Below are positions 19,080 through 29,347 of a stretch of 64,000 bases of DNA, piece after piece. Within the stretch, counting starts at the first letter, position 1. The number at the start of each line of letters is the position of its first letter. Both the position numbers and the translations under genes were made by a program. The stretch covers positions 4,672,001 to 4,736,000 of the forward strand of contig OY969474.1 of NCBI GenBank assembly GCA_963700145.1, read 5' to 3'. The notes below the pieces were generated by a model, which did no database searches, had not been told where the DNA came from, and was given only the letters and a program-made list of their open reading frames with translations. Source of the DNA: an uncultured Acidobacteriota bacterium (GTDB lineage Bacteria; Acidobacteriota; Thermoanaerobaculia; Multivoradales; UBA5704).

Positions 19080-19483
19080 GAGCGGATCGGCCACCAGAAG
19101 AGGGCGTGGCCGAGGGCGAAGGCGCCGTCCACCGCCGACAGCGGCAGCAGCCCGGCGAGGTCCGGGCGGGGCAGGGCCACCGCCAGGAACATGAGGCTGG
19201 CGAGCAGGCGGCCGCCGATCGCCACCGCGATCACCGCGCTGTAGCGGCGCGGGTCGCGCGCCGCCTCCAGGTAGAGCGCGGCGAGCATGGCGAGGAGGAC
19301 GGCCAGCGTCCAGAGGTAGAAGCGCTCCCCGGGCAGGGGGAGGTCGAGCCAGGAGGCCGGGAGGTCCGGCCGCACCGCCAGGAGCAGCGCGAACCCGGCG
19401 TCGTAGAGCGCCCCGGCGACCAGCGAGAGCCGGAGCAGTCGGAGGAAGCGGAAGCGGCGCGCGAAGCGCGCGGGAAGGCCCAT
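19076..19483 (-). CDS. Hypothetical four-TM membrane protein
   Basis: Hydrophobic 135-aa ORF whose stop overlaps the mlaE start. Confidence 0.7.
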   Translation of the reverse strand: MGLPARFARRFRFLRLLRLSLVAGALYDAGFALLLAVRPDLPASWLDLPLPGERFYLWTLAVLLAMLAALYLEAARDPRRYSAVIAVAIGGRLLASLMFLAVALPRPDLAGLLPLSAVDGAFALGHALFWWPIRS

Positions 19484-19498
19484 TGGGCAAGGAGCTTA

Positions 19499-19557
19499 GC
19501 AACCCACGAGCCAATCGACCGCCCGCTCCGGCGGGGCAACCCGCAAGCCAATCGACC
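19499..19557. promoter_or_regulatory. 22-bp direct repeat in a divergent intergenic region
   Basis: GCAACCCACGAGCCAATCGACC (19499-19520) and GCAACCCGCAAGCCAATCGACC (19536-19557). Confidence 0.45.
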
Positions 19558-19565
19558 TCCCGGCG

Positions 19566-20345
19566 GTGAGAGAATGCGCGCCCGTGCCTCCCGACAGCCC
19601 GCGCCGGACGCTCGCCGCGCGCCTCGCCACGGCGGTGGCGACGGTCTCGGGCAACGCCTTCCTGGTGGTCGGCACGGCGGTGCTGTCGACGATCGCCATC
19701 GTGGTCGCGTTCATCCCGCCGCGCGGCACCTGGTCCTTCCTCGTCGCGCGCCTCTGGTCGCGCGGTCTGCTGGCCGCGGCGGCGGTGCGAGTGCGGGCGG
19801 AGGTGGACCCGGCGATCGACCCCGCGGGCCGCTACGTCTTCCTCGCCAACCACCAGAGCCTCTTCGACATCCCCCTCATCCTCGGAACCTCGCCGGGGCA
19901 GCTCCGCATGGTCGCCAAGCGCAGCCTCTTCAAGGTCCCGATCTTCGGCTGGGCGATCGCCGCCGCCGGCTACATCCCGGTCGACCGCGCGGACCGCTCG
20001 AGCGCCCGCCAGACCTTCAGCGGCGCGGCGGCGCACCTACGCGCCGGCACCTCGATCCTCCTCTTCCCGGAGGGTACCCGCTCGTTCACCGATGAGCTGC
20101 TGCCCTTCGAGCGCGGCGGGTTCCTGCTGGCGCTCAAGAGCGGCCTGCCGATCGTGCCGGTCGGGGTGAGCGGCACGCGGGCGATCCAGCCGCGCCGCAG
20201 CGTCGTCATCCGCCCCGGCGCCGCCGTCGTGCGCTACGGCGCGCCCATCGAGCCGGCCGAGTTCGGCGTGCGGCGGAAGGGGGAGCTGATGGAGGAGGTG
20301 CGGAGGCGGGTGGCCGAGCTGGCGGGTCTGCGCTACCCTTCGTGA
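19566..20345 (+). CDS. plsC: 1-acyl-sn-glycerol-3-phosphate acyltransferase
   Basis: NHQSLFD, PVDR, FPEGTRS; start uncertain. Confidence 0.88.
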   Translation: MRECAPVPPDSPRRTLAARLATAVATVSGNAFLVVGTAVLSTIAIVVAFIPPRGTWSFLVARLWSRGLLAAAAVRVRAEVDPAIDPAGRYVFLANHQSLFDIPLILGTSPGQLRMVAKRSLFKVPIFGWAIAAAGYIPVDRADRSSARQTFSGAAAHLRAGTSILLFPEGTRSFTDELLPFERGGFLLALKSGLPIVPVGVSGTRAIQPRRSVVIRPGAAVVRYGAPIEPAEFGVRRKGELMEEVRRRVAELAGLRYPS

Positions 20346-20346
20346 C

Positions 20347-21438
20347 ATGGCGAACGAGCTCGAAGACCGCGTCTGGCAGGCGCTCAAGGGAGTGAAGTAC
20401 CCGGGCATGACGCGGGACATCGTCTCCTTCGGCTTCGTGCAGCGGGTGGAGGCGCGGGGCGGCGAGGTCGAGGTGGACCTCCAGCTCGCGACGCAGAAGC
20501 CCGAGGCCGCCGAGCAGGTGCGCGGCGAGGTGGAGCGGGCGGTGCGCGCGCTCCCCGGCGTCAGCGGCGCGCGCGTGGGCTTGAACGTCACGCGCCACCC
20601 GCCGCGCGAGGAGGCGGCGCAGCGGGCGATCGCGCAGGACCCGCAGCTCATCCCTGAGGTGCGCTACGTGGTGGCGGTGGCGAGCGGCAAGGGCGGGGTG
20701 GGGAAATCGACCGTCGCCGCCAACCTGGCGGTGGCGCTCTCCAAGCTCGGCCACCGCGTCGGCCTCCTCGACGCCGACATCCACGGCCCCTCGATGCCGA
20801 TGATGTTCGGCATCAACGAGCGGCCGTTCGTCGAGGGCAACCGCATCCGCCCGTTCGACAAGCACGGCGTGACGGTCATGTCGCTCGGCTTCATCCTCGA
20901 CGTGGACACGCCGGTCATCTGGCGCGGCCCGATGGTCATGCGCGCCATCGAGCAGATGCTCGGCGACGTGATGTGGGGCGAGCTCGACTACCTGGTGATC
21001 GACCTGCCCCCGGGCACCGGCGACGCGCAGCTTACGGTCACCCAGAAGATCCCGCTCTCCGGCGCGGTGATCGTCACCACACCGCAGGACGTGGCGCTGA
21101 TCGACGCCCGCAAGGGGCTGGCGATGTTCAAGAAGGTCAACGTGCCGGTGGTGGGGATCGTCGAGAACATGGCGACCTTCGTCTGCCCGCACTGCGGCCA
21201 GTCGACCGACATCTTCAAGTCCGGCGGCGGCCGGCGCACCGCCGAGCTCCTCGGCACCGCTTTCCTCGGCAGCATCCCGCTCGACCCCAAGATCGTGGCG
21301 GGCGGCGACGCCGGCGTGCCGATCGTCGTCGCCGAGCCTGACGGCCCGCACGCCGCCGCCTTCCGCGACGTCGCGAGCGCGGTCGTCGCCGAGGTGGCGC
21401 GCCAGGAGGAGCTGCGGCCGAAGCTGTCCATCGTGTGA
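20347..21438 (+). CDS. apbC: Mrp/ApbC (NBP35) Fe-S cluster carrier ATPase
   Basis: SGKGGVGKST, WRGPM, DLPPGTGD, ENMA..CPHC. Confidence 0.92.
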   Translation: MANELEDRVWQALKGVKYPGMTRDIVSFGFVQRVEARGGEVEVDLQLATQKPEAAEQVRGEVERAVRALPGVSGARVGLNVTRHPPREEAAQRAIAQDPQLIPEVRYVVAVASGKGGVGKSTVAANLAVALSKLGHRVGLLDADIHGPSMPMMFGINERPFVEGNRIRPFDKHGVTVMSLGFILDVDTPVIWRGPMVMRAIEQMLGDVMWGELDYLVIDLPPGTGDAQLTVTQKIPLSGAVIVTTPQDVALIDARKGLAMFKKVNVPVVGIVENMATFVCPHCGQSTDIFKSGGGRRTAELLGTAFLGSIPLDPKIVAGGDAGVPIVVAEPDGPHAAAFRDVASAVVAEVARQEELRPKLSIV

Positions 21439-21441
21439 CCC

Positions 21442-21606
21442 GGAAGCCGTTCATGGACGCGGCTACGGGAAACGGCGCGCGAAAGCCGGACGGCCGGAGG
21501 AGGTCGCGCGCCTCCGCTTCGCTTCGCGCCGATTCGGCAACCGCCTGCCGTGGGATTGCCAGCGCTCGCTCAGAGGTTCCCTCCGCCGCGTCCATGAACG
21601 GCTTCC
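21442..21606 (+). repeat. Dispersed structured element, copy A
   Basis: Perfect 22-bp inverted repeat (GGAAGCCGTTCATGGACGCGGC, 21442-21463 / 21585-21606) around a core shared with copies B and C. Confidence 0.75.
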
Positions 21607-21622
21607 TCCGGCGGGAGTAAAG

Positions 21623-22297
21623 GTGCCCACCGCCCTCATCGCCGACGCCCACCTCGGAGGGCCGGGCGGCCCGCCCGGGCCGCTGGTCGAGCAGCTCGAT
21701 TCCCTCCAGCCGGAGCGCTGCGACCGCTTGGTCCTTCTCGGCGACCTCTTCCAGGCCTGGGTCGGCTCGCGCAAGTTCGAGACCGCCGGCATCGCCGAGG
21801 TCGTCGCCGCCCTCCGCCGCGTCCGCGCCCGCGGCATCCCGGTCCACTACATCGAAGGCAACCGCGACTTCTTCCTCGCGAGCAGCCCGTACGCCGACGC
21901 CTTCGACACCATCGGCTCCGAGGTCGCCTTCGAGAGCGCCGGCCGCCGCTACCTAGCCGTCCACGGCGACGGCCTCAACGACCGCGACCTCCAGTACCTA
22001 GCCTGGCGCGCCCTCTCCAAGAGCCGCCTCTCCCGCCTCCTCGTCCTCCGCACCCCCCGCCGCTTCGCCCAACGCGTCGTCGAGAAGACCGAGCGGAAGC
22101 TCTCGAAGACCAACTTCAAGCACAAGGCCGCTCTCCCCGAAGCCGCCATCCGCACCTACGCCGAGCGCCGCCTCTCCGAAGGCCACGACACTCTGCTCCT
22201 GGGGCACTTCCACGAGCCGCAGACTTGGCAGGTGAAAGGTGGTGAGGTTCGCCTTCTGGATGCGTGGTTTCACTCGCACCAAATCGAGTGGGTGTAG
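21623..22297 (+). CDS. lpxH: UDP-2,3-diacylglucosamine hydrolase (LpxH-like metallophosphoesterase)
   Basis: DAHL, LGDLF, GNRDF, HGD, GHFH. Confidence 0.8.
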   Translation: MPTALIADAHLGGPGGPPGPLVEQLDSLQPERCDRLVLLGDLFQAWVGSRKFETAGIAEVVAALRRVRARGIPVHYIEGNRDFFLASSPYADAFDTIGSEVAFESAGRRYLAVHGDGLNDRDLQYLAWRALSKSRLSRLLVLRTPRRFAQRVVEKTERKLSKTNFKHKAALPEAAIRTYAERRLSEGHDTLLLGHFHEPQTWQVKGGEVRLLDAWFHSHQIEWV

Positions 22298-22309
22298 GTT
22301 CCCCCGCCC

Positions 22310-22335
22310 AGATCCTTCGCTTCGCTCAGGATGAC
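22310..22335. repeat. REP-like element (single)
   Basis: AGATCCTTCGCTTCGCTCAGGATGAC. Confidence 0.8.
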
Positions 22336-22371
22336 AGGGCACCAGCAGCGCCGTAGGCCACGGACGGTGCA

Positions 22372-22541
22372 GGCGGCCGGCGGCGGGGGACCCTGGCGGG
22401 GAGCTCTCCGCAAGCGCTGGCAACTCCCTTCGCAGTCGCCAAGCGATCCGACGCGCAGCGGAGCGCAGGCGCGCGCCTCAGATCAAGAAGTCCACTAACG
22501 CGCGCGCCGGTCCCCGCCAGGGTCCCCCGCCGCCGGCCGCC
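22372..22541 (-). repeat. Dispersed structured element, copy B
   Basis: Perfect 31-bp inverted repeat (22372-22402 / 22511-22541); the reverse-complemented core closely matches copy C. Confidence 0.8.
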
Positions 22542-22569
22542 CGGCAACACCCTTCGCTACAATCAGCCG

Positions 22570-23331
22570 ATGCGGGTCACGATGCTGGGAAGCGGCACTT
22601 CGACCGGCGTCCCCGTCATCGGCTGCACCTGCTCCGTCTGCACCTCCGACAACCCCCGCAACAAACGCTGGCGCGCCGGCCTCCGCCTAGAGCTCGAGCA
22701 CGGCGTCGCCCTCGTCGACACGCCCACAGACTTCCGCGAGCAGGCCCTCCGCTACGGCGTCAACCGCGTCGACGCCGTCCTCTTCACCCACGCCCACGCC
22801 GACCACGTCTTCGGCCTCGACGACCTCCGAATCTTCAACTTCCGCCAGCGCACCGCCATCCGCTGCTACGCCTCCGCCCCCACCCTCGCCATGCTCCGCC
22901 GCTACTTCGCCTACGCCTTCGAGGACGGCCAGGAGGGGGGCGGCAAGCCCGTCCTCGACCTCGTCGAAGTGCGCGAGCCCTTCGACCTCCTCGGGCGGCG
23001 CATCGTGCCCGTCCCCGTCTGGCACGGCGAGCTCGAGGTCTACGGCTACCGGCTCGGCGACTTCGCCTACGTCACCGACTGCAGCCGCATCCCGGAAGAG
23101 AGCTTCCGGCTTCTCGAAGGCGTGCGCACCCTCGTCCTCGGCGCCCTGCGCTACCGCCCGCACCCCACCCACTTCACCGTCGACGAGGCGGCCGCGGCGG
23201 CGGCGCGCATCGGCGCCGAGCGCACCTTCCTGACCCACCTGGCCCACGACATCGACCACGACGCGCCCGCCGTGCCGCTGCCGGCCGGCGTGCACTTCGG
23301 TTATGACGGCCTCACCCTCGAGGTCGACTGA
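22570..23331 (+). CDS. MBL-fold metallo-hydrolase (PhnP-like)
   Basis: LGSGTSTGVP, THAHADH, YVTD, HPTH, THLAH. Confidence 0.88.
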   Translation: MRVTMLGSGTSTGVPVIGCTCSVCTSDNPRNKRWRAGLRLELEHGVALVDTPTDFREQALRYGVNRVDAVLFTHAHADHVFGLDDLRIFNFRQRTAIRCYASAPTLAMLRRYFAYAFEDGQEGGGKPVLDLVEVREPFDLLGRRIVPVPVWHGELEVYGYRLGDFAYVTDCSRIPEESFRLLEGVRTLVLGALRYRPHPTHFTVDEAAAAAARIGAERTFLTHLAHDIDHDAPAVPLPAGVHFGYDGLTLEVD

Positions 23332-24631
23332 GCCTTTCGCAGTCCCCGCCGGCCGGGTCGCCCGCGGCCGGCTGGCCGTCCCGCCGTCCAAGAGCCTCAC
23401 CAACCGCTACCTGAACCTGGCGCTCCTCGCCGGCGCGTCGGCGACGATCGAGCGGCCGTTGGAGGCCGAGGACACGGCCGCCTTCCTCGCGGCGCTGGCG
23501 GTTTGCGGATTCCGGGTAGAGAAAGAGAAGGACGAGTGGCGGCTCACCCCGGGACCGCTGCCTGCCGCCGCGGCGATCGACTGCGGCGCCTCCGGGACGA
23601 TGCTCCGGTTCCTCACCGCGGCGCTGGCCGCACTGCCCGGCAACTGGCGCCTCGACGGCGTGCCGCGCCTGCGCGAGCGGCCGGTCGGGCCGCTGGTCGA
23701 TTCCCTCCAGCGGCTGGGTGCCCGCATCCGCTACCTGGGACAGGAAGGGTATGCGCCACTCGGGATCGAGGGAGGGACGCTGGGTGGAGGAGAGACGATC
23801 CTCGACGCGAGCGCCTCCAGCCAGTTCCTCTCCGCGCTGCTCATGGCGGCGCTCCGGGCGCCAGGGCTCGTGAGCGTGGAGGTCGCGGCCCTCACCTCCG
23901 AGCCCTACCTGCATCTGACGCTGGCCGCAATCGCGCAGTTCGGCGGCCGCGTGGAGCGGCCCTCCAGCCACGCTTTGGTCGTCCACCCGTCGACGCTGCG
24001 CGCCGGCCGCCTGCGCGTCGAAGGGGACTTCTCCGCCGCCTGCTACCCGGCGGCGGCGGCGGCGCTCACCGGCGGCGAGGTCGTCCTCGCCGGCCTGCCG
24101 CGCGGCTCGGCCCAGGGGGACCGCGGCTTCTTCGACCTCCTGTCGCGGATGGGCGCGGCGGTCGAGTGGCGCGGCGAGGAGGAGGTGAGCGTGCGCGGCA
24201 CTCCCGGCGGCGCCCTCGTCGCCGCCGACGCCGACCTCGCCGCGATGCCCGACCAGGTGCCGACGGTCGCTGCGCTCGCCCCCTTCGCCCGCGGCACGAC
24301 GCGCATCCGCAACGTGCCGCACTTGCGCCTCAAGGAGAGCGACCGCCTGCGCGCCATGGCCGGCCAGCTCGCGGCGGCGGGCGTGCCGGTCGAGGAGCGC
24401 GCGGACGGCCTGACGATCGCGGGGGTCTGGGCCGACCGCTTGCCGGTCGACCTCCCCTCGGCGCCGGTGACGATCGACCCGCACGGCGACCACCGGATCG
24501 CCATGAGCATGGCGCTCGTCGGGTTCCGCCGGCCGGGGATCGCGATCGCCGATCCGCACGTCGTCGCCAAGTCCTATCCCGGCTTCTGGCGCGACCTCAC
24601 CGCGCTGCTCGTTGCCGCTCAAGGCAACTGA
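23303..24631 (+). CDS. aroA: 3-phosphoshikimate 1-carboxyvinyltransferase
   Basis: PPSKSLTNR, SGTMLRFL, SSQFLS, KESDRL, DHRIAM, KSYP. Confidence 0.93.
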   Translation: MTASPSRSTEPFAVPAGRVARGRLAVPPSKSLTNRYLNLALLAGASATIERPLEAEDTAAFLAALAVCGFRVEKEKDEWRLTPGPLPAAAAIDCGASGTMLRFLTAALAALPGNWRLDGVPRLRERPVGPLVDSLQRLGARIRYLGQEGYAPLGIEGGTLGGGETILDASASSQFLSALLMAALRAPGLVSVEVAALTSEPYLHLTLAAIAQFGGRVERPSSHALVVHPSTLRAGRLRVEGDFSAACYPAAAAALTGGEVVLAGLPRGSAQGDRGFFDLLSRMGAAVEWRGEEEVSVRGTPGGALVAADADLAAMPDQVPTVAALAPFARGTTRIRNVPHLRLKESDRLRAMAGQLAAAGVPVEERADGLTIAGVWADRLPVDLPSAPVTIDPHGDHRIAMSMALVGFRRPGIAIADPHVVAKSYPGFWRDLTALLVAAQGN

Positions 24632-24739
24632 ATGCCCGAACCCGCTCGCCGCGCGGCGCAACCCGCTGATTCCGGGCGGCGCCCGCGCTTGACGGCGTTT
24701 GCGCACTGGCGTAGAGAAGCGCGCGCAAACCACCGTCCG

Positions 24740-27700
24740 ATGAGCGTCCACGCGCCCGCCGTCGAGCTGCGGCACCCGTCGCTGGTGCCGGCGCCGGGCG
24801 CACTGTCGCTCGCCGACGCCCGCCTCACCGACCGCGAGCGGCTGGCGCTCCTCCTCCAGGGGGCGGCCCTCCTCGCGCACCTCCGGCACGCCGGCTGGGC
24901 GTTGCACGATGGTTGGCGCAGCGCCGCGGTCGCTCCGGCCGGCCGGCTCGTCGTCGCCGGCGCCGGTCCCGGCAAGTCGCGGCGCCTGCCGCAGGAGCTG
25001 CTGCGCGAGCTGCTGGCGTCGCTCTTTGGAGCGGGCGAGTCGATCGCCGGCCGCGGCGAGGCGCGGCGTGCCGCCCGCGTCCTGCTCGAGCCCTGGCGGC
25101 AGGGGCTCGTGCCGCTCGCGCCCGACGCGGCGGTGGGGCAGGTGCTGGAGGCGGCGCCCTTCCTCTGGGGTGCGCCGTTCGGCGAGGCCCGGCTGGCGCT
25201 CGCCGCCGAGCACGCGCTGAACGGCACGGTTCAGCTTTGGCTCGCCGGGCCGGCGCGCTTCCGCCGCGCCCTCCTCGCCGGCGGGCCCGACCGCGCGGCG
25301 CTGGCGGCGCTCCTCGGGTCGCCGGACGCGCGCGCCGCCTGGGAGGCGGCGGATGGGCGCGAGCCCGCCGCCCTCGCTCGCGCCGGCCGCTCGCGCGCCG
25401 CCCTCGCCGCTTGGCGGGGACGCCCGCCCCGGTCGGCAGAGGAGCGCGGCCTCCGCCTCCGCTGCCAGGCGCGGCTCGGCCGGCTGGGCGCGGCGCGGGC
25501 CGCGCTCCGCCGCCTGGAGGACGCCCCGCTCGGGCCGGACGAGCTCGTGGACCTCGCCGAGATCGCGTCGCGCGTCCTCGCCAACAGCGCCGAGCCGGAG
25601 CGCGCGGCGCGCTGGGTGGAGCGGGCGCTCGCCGCCGGACGGGAGGCCGGGCCGCCGCTCGCGCAGCGCGCCGAGCTGGTGGCCGCCGAGGCGGCCTGGG
25701 ACCGGCGGGACGCCGCGGCGATGGACCGCCACCTGGAGGCGGCACGCGCGGCGCTCGACGAGCCGGCCCTCGCCTGGCGCTGGCACCACGTCGCGGCGCT
25801 GCGGGCATTCCGGCAGCCGGCGGGCGGGCCCGCCGCCGTCGCGCACCTGACGCGCGCCTTCGCCGCGCGGCGGCGGCTCTCGCCCCACGAGGCGGCCGGC
25901 CTCTGGAACGACCTCGGGCTGGCGCGCGCGCAGGCCGGCGACCTCGCCGGCACCGAGCGGGCCTTCCGCCACGCAGCGCGCCTCCTGGCCGGCGGCGACG
26001 GCCCGCGGCAGACGACGCTGGCGCTCTACAACCTGGCGGAGGTCCGGGTGCGGCGCGGGCGGCTCGCCGGTGTGCGCGAGGTGCTGGAGCGCTCGACGGC
26101 GGCGAACCGCCTCGCCGGCAACCTGCGCGGCCTCACCCACGACATTGAGCTCTGGGTGCGCCTCGAGCTGGCGCAGGGGCGGCCGGCTGCGGCGCTCGCC
26201 CTGTGCCGCGGGCAGCTCGCCGAGCTGGACCGCCAGGGCTCGGACTGGCGGCGCGCCGAGCTGCGGGTGCTGGCGGCGCGCGCCCTCGGCTGGCTCGGCC
26301 GGGCCGACGAGGCCGCGGCCGAGTTGGCGGAGACCACCGCCGAGGCCCGCGCCGAGCTCGAGCCGGAGGAGCGGCCGGCGCTCTGGGCGCACGCCGGCCG
26401 GCGCGAGGAGGCGCTGCGCGAGGCGGCGGGGAGCCCGCTCGCGCCGCTCTGGCAGGCGCTGCTCGAAGGGCGGGCCGTGCCGGCGCCGGAATGGGACGCG
26501 CTCGGCGCCCTCGAGCCCTTCCGCGCCGCGCGGCTGGTCTTCGACGCCGAGCTGCTCCTCCCCGGCTGCGCGCCGCCGCACTGGGTGCGGCGCGCCGTGG
26601 CGGCGCTGCGCGAGGTGGGCGCCGGCCTGCCGGCCGAGCGGCTGGAGCGGCGGCACCCCGAGCCCTGGCGCGCGCTCGCCACGTACTTGGAAGCGCGCGA
26701 CGGCGAGCGTGCCGAGATCGGCGCGTCCTGGCCGCGCCTCCTCGCCGAGGCCGGGCATCCGGAGGCCGAGCTGTGCTGGACGCGCGACGGCGATGACGAC
26801 AGCGACGGCGAGAAGAGCGTGCTGGCGGCCGGCGCCGGTGGAGCGGAGGCGCTCTCGGCCGAGGCCGGCGGCGGCCGGCTCACCTTGCGCGCGCCGGCGG
26901 TCGACGAGGTGCTGGCGGCGCTCTTCGCCCTCGCCCGCCGCGAGCTGGACGGCGACGGCCGCCGCCATGCCGCGGGCCGCACTCCGCCCGCGGCTTCCCA
27001 CCTCGCCGCCGGCCGCGGCGGCATCGCCGGCCGCAGCCCCGCGCTGCTCGCCGCGGTGGCGCGCCTGGAGAAGCTGGCCGCCACGCCGCTCGCGGTCCTG
27101 GTGCAGGGGGAGAGCGGCACCGGCAAGGAGCTGGCGGCGCGGCTCGTCCACCGCCTCTCGCCGCGCGCCCGCGCGCCCTTCGTCGCGGTCAACTGCGCCG
27201 CCCTCTCCGAGGCCCTCCTCCTCTCCGACCTCTTCGGCCACGTGCGCGGCTCCTTCACCGGCGCCGACCGCGACCGCGCCGGCGTCTTCGAGACGGCGCA
27301 GGGCGGCACCGTCTTCCTCGACGAGATCGGCGACCTGCCGCCGGCGGCACAGGGGATGCTGTTGCGCGTGCTCCAGGAGGGGGAGGTGCGGCGCGTCGGC
27401 GAGAGCTTGGCGCGCAAGGTGGACGTCCGGGTGGTGGCGGCCACCCATCGCGACCTCGCGGCGCGGGTGCGCGACGGCAGCTTCCGCGAGGACCTCTTCT
27501 ACCGCCTGAAGGTGGCGAGCGTCGAGCTGCCGCCGCTGCGCGCGCGCGGCGACGACGTGCTGCTCCTCGCCGAGCACTTCCTCGCCAAGCAGGCGGCGCC
27601 GGACCCGGCGCCGGCCCTCTCGCCGGCGGCGCGGAGCGCGCTCCGGGCGCACCGCTGGCCGGGCAACGTGCGCGAGCTGGGCAACGTCCTGGCGGTGGCC

Positions 27701-27952
27701 GCGGCGCTGGCCGGCGGCGGGCCGATCCTCCCCGAGCACCTGGAGCTGCCGGCGGCGGCGGGGGCGAGCGACGGGAGCGGCGCGACGGCGGATGGACCGT
27801 CCGACTACCACCGCCGGGTGGACGCCTTCCGCCGCAAGCTGGTGGAGGACGCGCTGGCGGAGGAGGGCGGCAACCGCGCCGCGGCGGCGCGGCGGCTGGG
27901 GCTCTCGCGGCAGGCGCTGTCGTATCTGGCCCGGCAGCTCGGGCTTGTCTAG
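24740..27952 (+). CDS. Sigma-54-dependent activator (bEBP) with a long helical/TPR N-terminus and Fis HTH
   Basis: [43 protein letters not shown] and a C-terminal HTH. Start at 24632 or 24740. Confidence 0.85.
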   Translation: MSVHAPAVELRHPSLVPAPGALSLADARLTDRERLALLLQGAALLAHLRHAGWALHDGWRSAAVAPAGRLVVAGAGPGKSRRLPQELLRELLASLFGAGESIAGRGEARRAARVLLEPWRQGLVPLAPDAAVGQVLEAAPFLWGAPFGEARLALAAEHALNGTVQLWLAGPARFRRALLAGGPDRAALAALLGSPDARAAWEAADGREPAALARAGRSRAALAAWRGRPPRSAEERGLRLRCQARLGRLGAARAALRRLEDAPLGPDELVDLAEIASRVLANSAEPERAARWVERALAAGREAGPPLAQRAELVAAEAAWDRRDAAAMDRHLEAARAALDEPALAWRWHHVAALRAFRQPAGGPAAVAHLTRAFAARRRLSPHEAAGLWNDLGLARAQAGDLAGTERAFRHAARLLAGGDGPRQTTLALYNLAEVRVRRGRLAGVREVLERSTAANRLAGNLRGLTHDIELWVRLELAQGRPAAALALCRGQLAELDRQGSDWRRAELRVLAARALGWLGRADEAAAELAETTAEARAELEPEERPALWAHAGRREEALREAAGSPLAPLWQALLEGRAVPAPEWDALGALEPFRAARLVFDAELLLPGCAPPHWVRRAVAALREVGAGLPAERLERRHPEPWRALATYLEARDGERAEIGASWPRLLAEAGHPEAELCWTRDGDDDSDGEKSVLAAGAGGAEALSAEAGGGRLTLRAPAVDEVLAALFALARRELDGDGRRHAAGRTPPAASHLAAGRGGIAGRSPALLAAVARLEKLAATPLAVLVQGESGTGKELAARLVHRLSPRARAPFVAVNCAALSEALLLSDLFGHVRGSFTGADRDRAGVFETAQGGTVFLDEIGDLPPAAQGMLLRVLQEGEVRRVGESLARKVDVRVVAATHRDLAARVRDGSFREDLFYRLKVASVELPPLRARGDDVLLLAEHFLAKQAAPDPAPALSPAARSALRAHRWPGNVRELGNVLAVAAALAGGGPILPEHLELPAAAGASDGSGATADGPSDYHRRVDAFRRKLVEDALAEEGGNRAAAARRLGLSRQALSYLARQLGLV

Positions 27953-27961
27953 GAGGGGGCC

Positions 27962-28885
27962 ATGAGCCGCTACCTCCTCCGCCGCCTGGCGCAGATGCTG
28001 CCGATCGCGCTGCTGGTCGCGACGCTGGTCTTCTCGCTGCTCCACCTGATCCCTGGCGACCCGGTGGAGGTGATGCTCGGCGAGGGCGCGCAAGCCGCCG
28101 ACGTCGCGGCGCTGCGCGCCGAGCTGGGGCTCGACCGGCCGCTGGGCGAGCAGTACCTGGCCTTCCTCGGCGGGCTCGGCCGCTTCGACCTCGGCACCTC
28201 GCTCCACTCCGGCGAGCCGGTGACGGCGGTGCTCCTGGCGCACCTGCCGGCGACGCTTGAGCTGGCCTGCGCGGCGATGCTGGTGGCGCTGGCGCTGTCG
28301 CTGCCGCTCGGCACGCTCGCTGCCTTCCACCACGGGCGGGCGGCGGACCACGTGTCGCGCGCGGTAGCGGTGCTCGGGGTGGCGCTGCCGAACTTCTGGC
28401 TCGGGCCGATGTTGATCCTGCTCTTCTCGGTGCAGCTCGGATGGCTGCCGGTGTCGGGGCGGGAGGGGGTCGCGAGCCTGGTGCTGCCGGCGGTAACGCT
28501 GGGGGCGGGGCTGTCGGCGCTGTTGACGCGGCTGGTGCGGGCGTCGGTGGCGGAGGAGCTGGGGCGGCCGTATCTGGCGACGGCGTTGGCGAAGGGGGTG
28601 TCGCGGGCGCGCGCGGTGGTGGTGCACGCGCTGCGCAACGCGCTGGTGCCGGCGCTGACGGTGGCGGCGCTGCAGTTCGGGGCGCTGCTAACCGGGGCGA
28701 TCGTGACGGAGACGGTGTTTTCCTGGCCGGGATTGGGGAGATTGCTGATCGAGGGGATCAGGCTGCGCGATTACCCGCTCGTCCAAGGTGGTGTGCTGCT
28801 GATCGCTTGGACCTACTTGCTGGTGAACTTGGCCACCGACCTCGCCTACGCCTGGCTCGACCCGCGGATGCGGGAGAGCAACTAA
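27962..28885 (+). CDS. Peptide/nickel ABC transporter permease (DppB/NikB-like)
   Basis: PGDP, LGLDRP, TALAKG, HALRNA, ETVFSWPGLG, DPR. Confidence 0.9.
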   Translation: MSRYLLRRLAQMLPIALLVATLVFSLLHLIPGDPVEVMLGEGAQAADVAALRAELGLDRPLGEQYLAFLGGLGRFDLGTSLHSGEPVTAVLLAHLPATLELACAAMLVALALSLPLGTLAAFHHGRAADHVSRAVAVLGVALPNFWLGPMLILLFSVQLGWLPVSGREGVASLVLPAVTLGAGLSALLTRLVRASVAEELGRPYLATALAKGVSRARAVVVHALRNALVPALTVAALQFGALLTGAIVTETVFSWPGLGRLLIEGIRLRDYPLVQGGVLLIAWTYLLVNLATDLAYAWLDPRMRESN

Positions 28886-28926
28886 TCACTAATTTCCCCC
28901 CGCCCGCCCTTCTTGCTGCGGCCGTT

Positions 28927-29110
28927 CCGGTGTGGGGTCCCGCAGGTCTCCTCCGCGCCGGGCGCTCCTTTGTGTCCGCGCTTCGCGTGCTGGTACAGGG
29001 GCGGGTTGCCAGCAAACACCGCGGTGGCTCCGGCGCCTCGCACGGTGGACTGCCAGGGGGAGCGGACGGAGCGCCCGGCGCTCCAGAGATCCTGCGGGCC
29101 CTAGAACCGG
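28927..29110. repeat. Long imperfect hairpin element, possible diverged copy D
   Basis: Arms include the perfect pair GCGCCGGGCGCTCC (28955-28968) / GGAGCGCCCGGCGC (29068-29081); the core has GCTTCGC and GGGTTGCCAGC. Confidence 0.5.
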
Positions 29111-29128
29111 TGGTGGAGCCCCTGCCTA

Positions 29129-29213
29129 TGTCATCCCGAGCGTGAGCGAGGGATCTGGGGGCAGGGTGGCGCGAAGGCCCCCGCCCAGATCCTTCGCTTC
29201 ACTCAGGATGACA
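29129..29213. repeat. REP doublet (inverted pair)
   Basis: TGTCATCCCGAGCGTGAGCGAGGGATCT ... AGATCCTTCGCTTCACTCAGGATGACA. Confidence 0.8.
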
Positions 29214-29347
29214 AGGAGGCGTCGTTGCGTGTGGGCGGGGGCGACGTCACTTCAGAGATTCGAGTCATGGCGCCGCGTGATGTGCCGGGCCGGGTGGCCC
29301 GGCATCTCACGCGGCACTATCCGCCCCGCGCGGTGCCCTCTTTCTTC

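Noticed and set aside
23312-28627. Very long antisense or alternate-frame ORFs (e.g. 1771 aa here, 1557 aa at 52318-56991, 1078 aa at 32396-35632)
   Set aside because: Shadow ORFs expected at very high GC; they overlap well-supported genes and carry no motifs.
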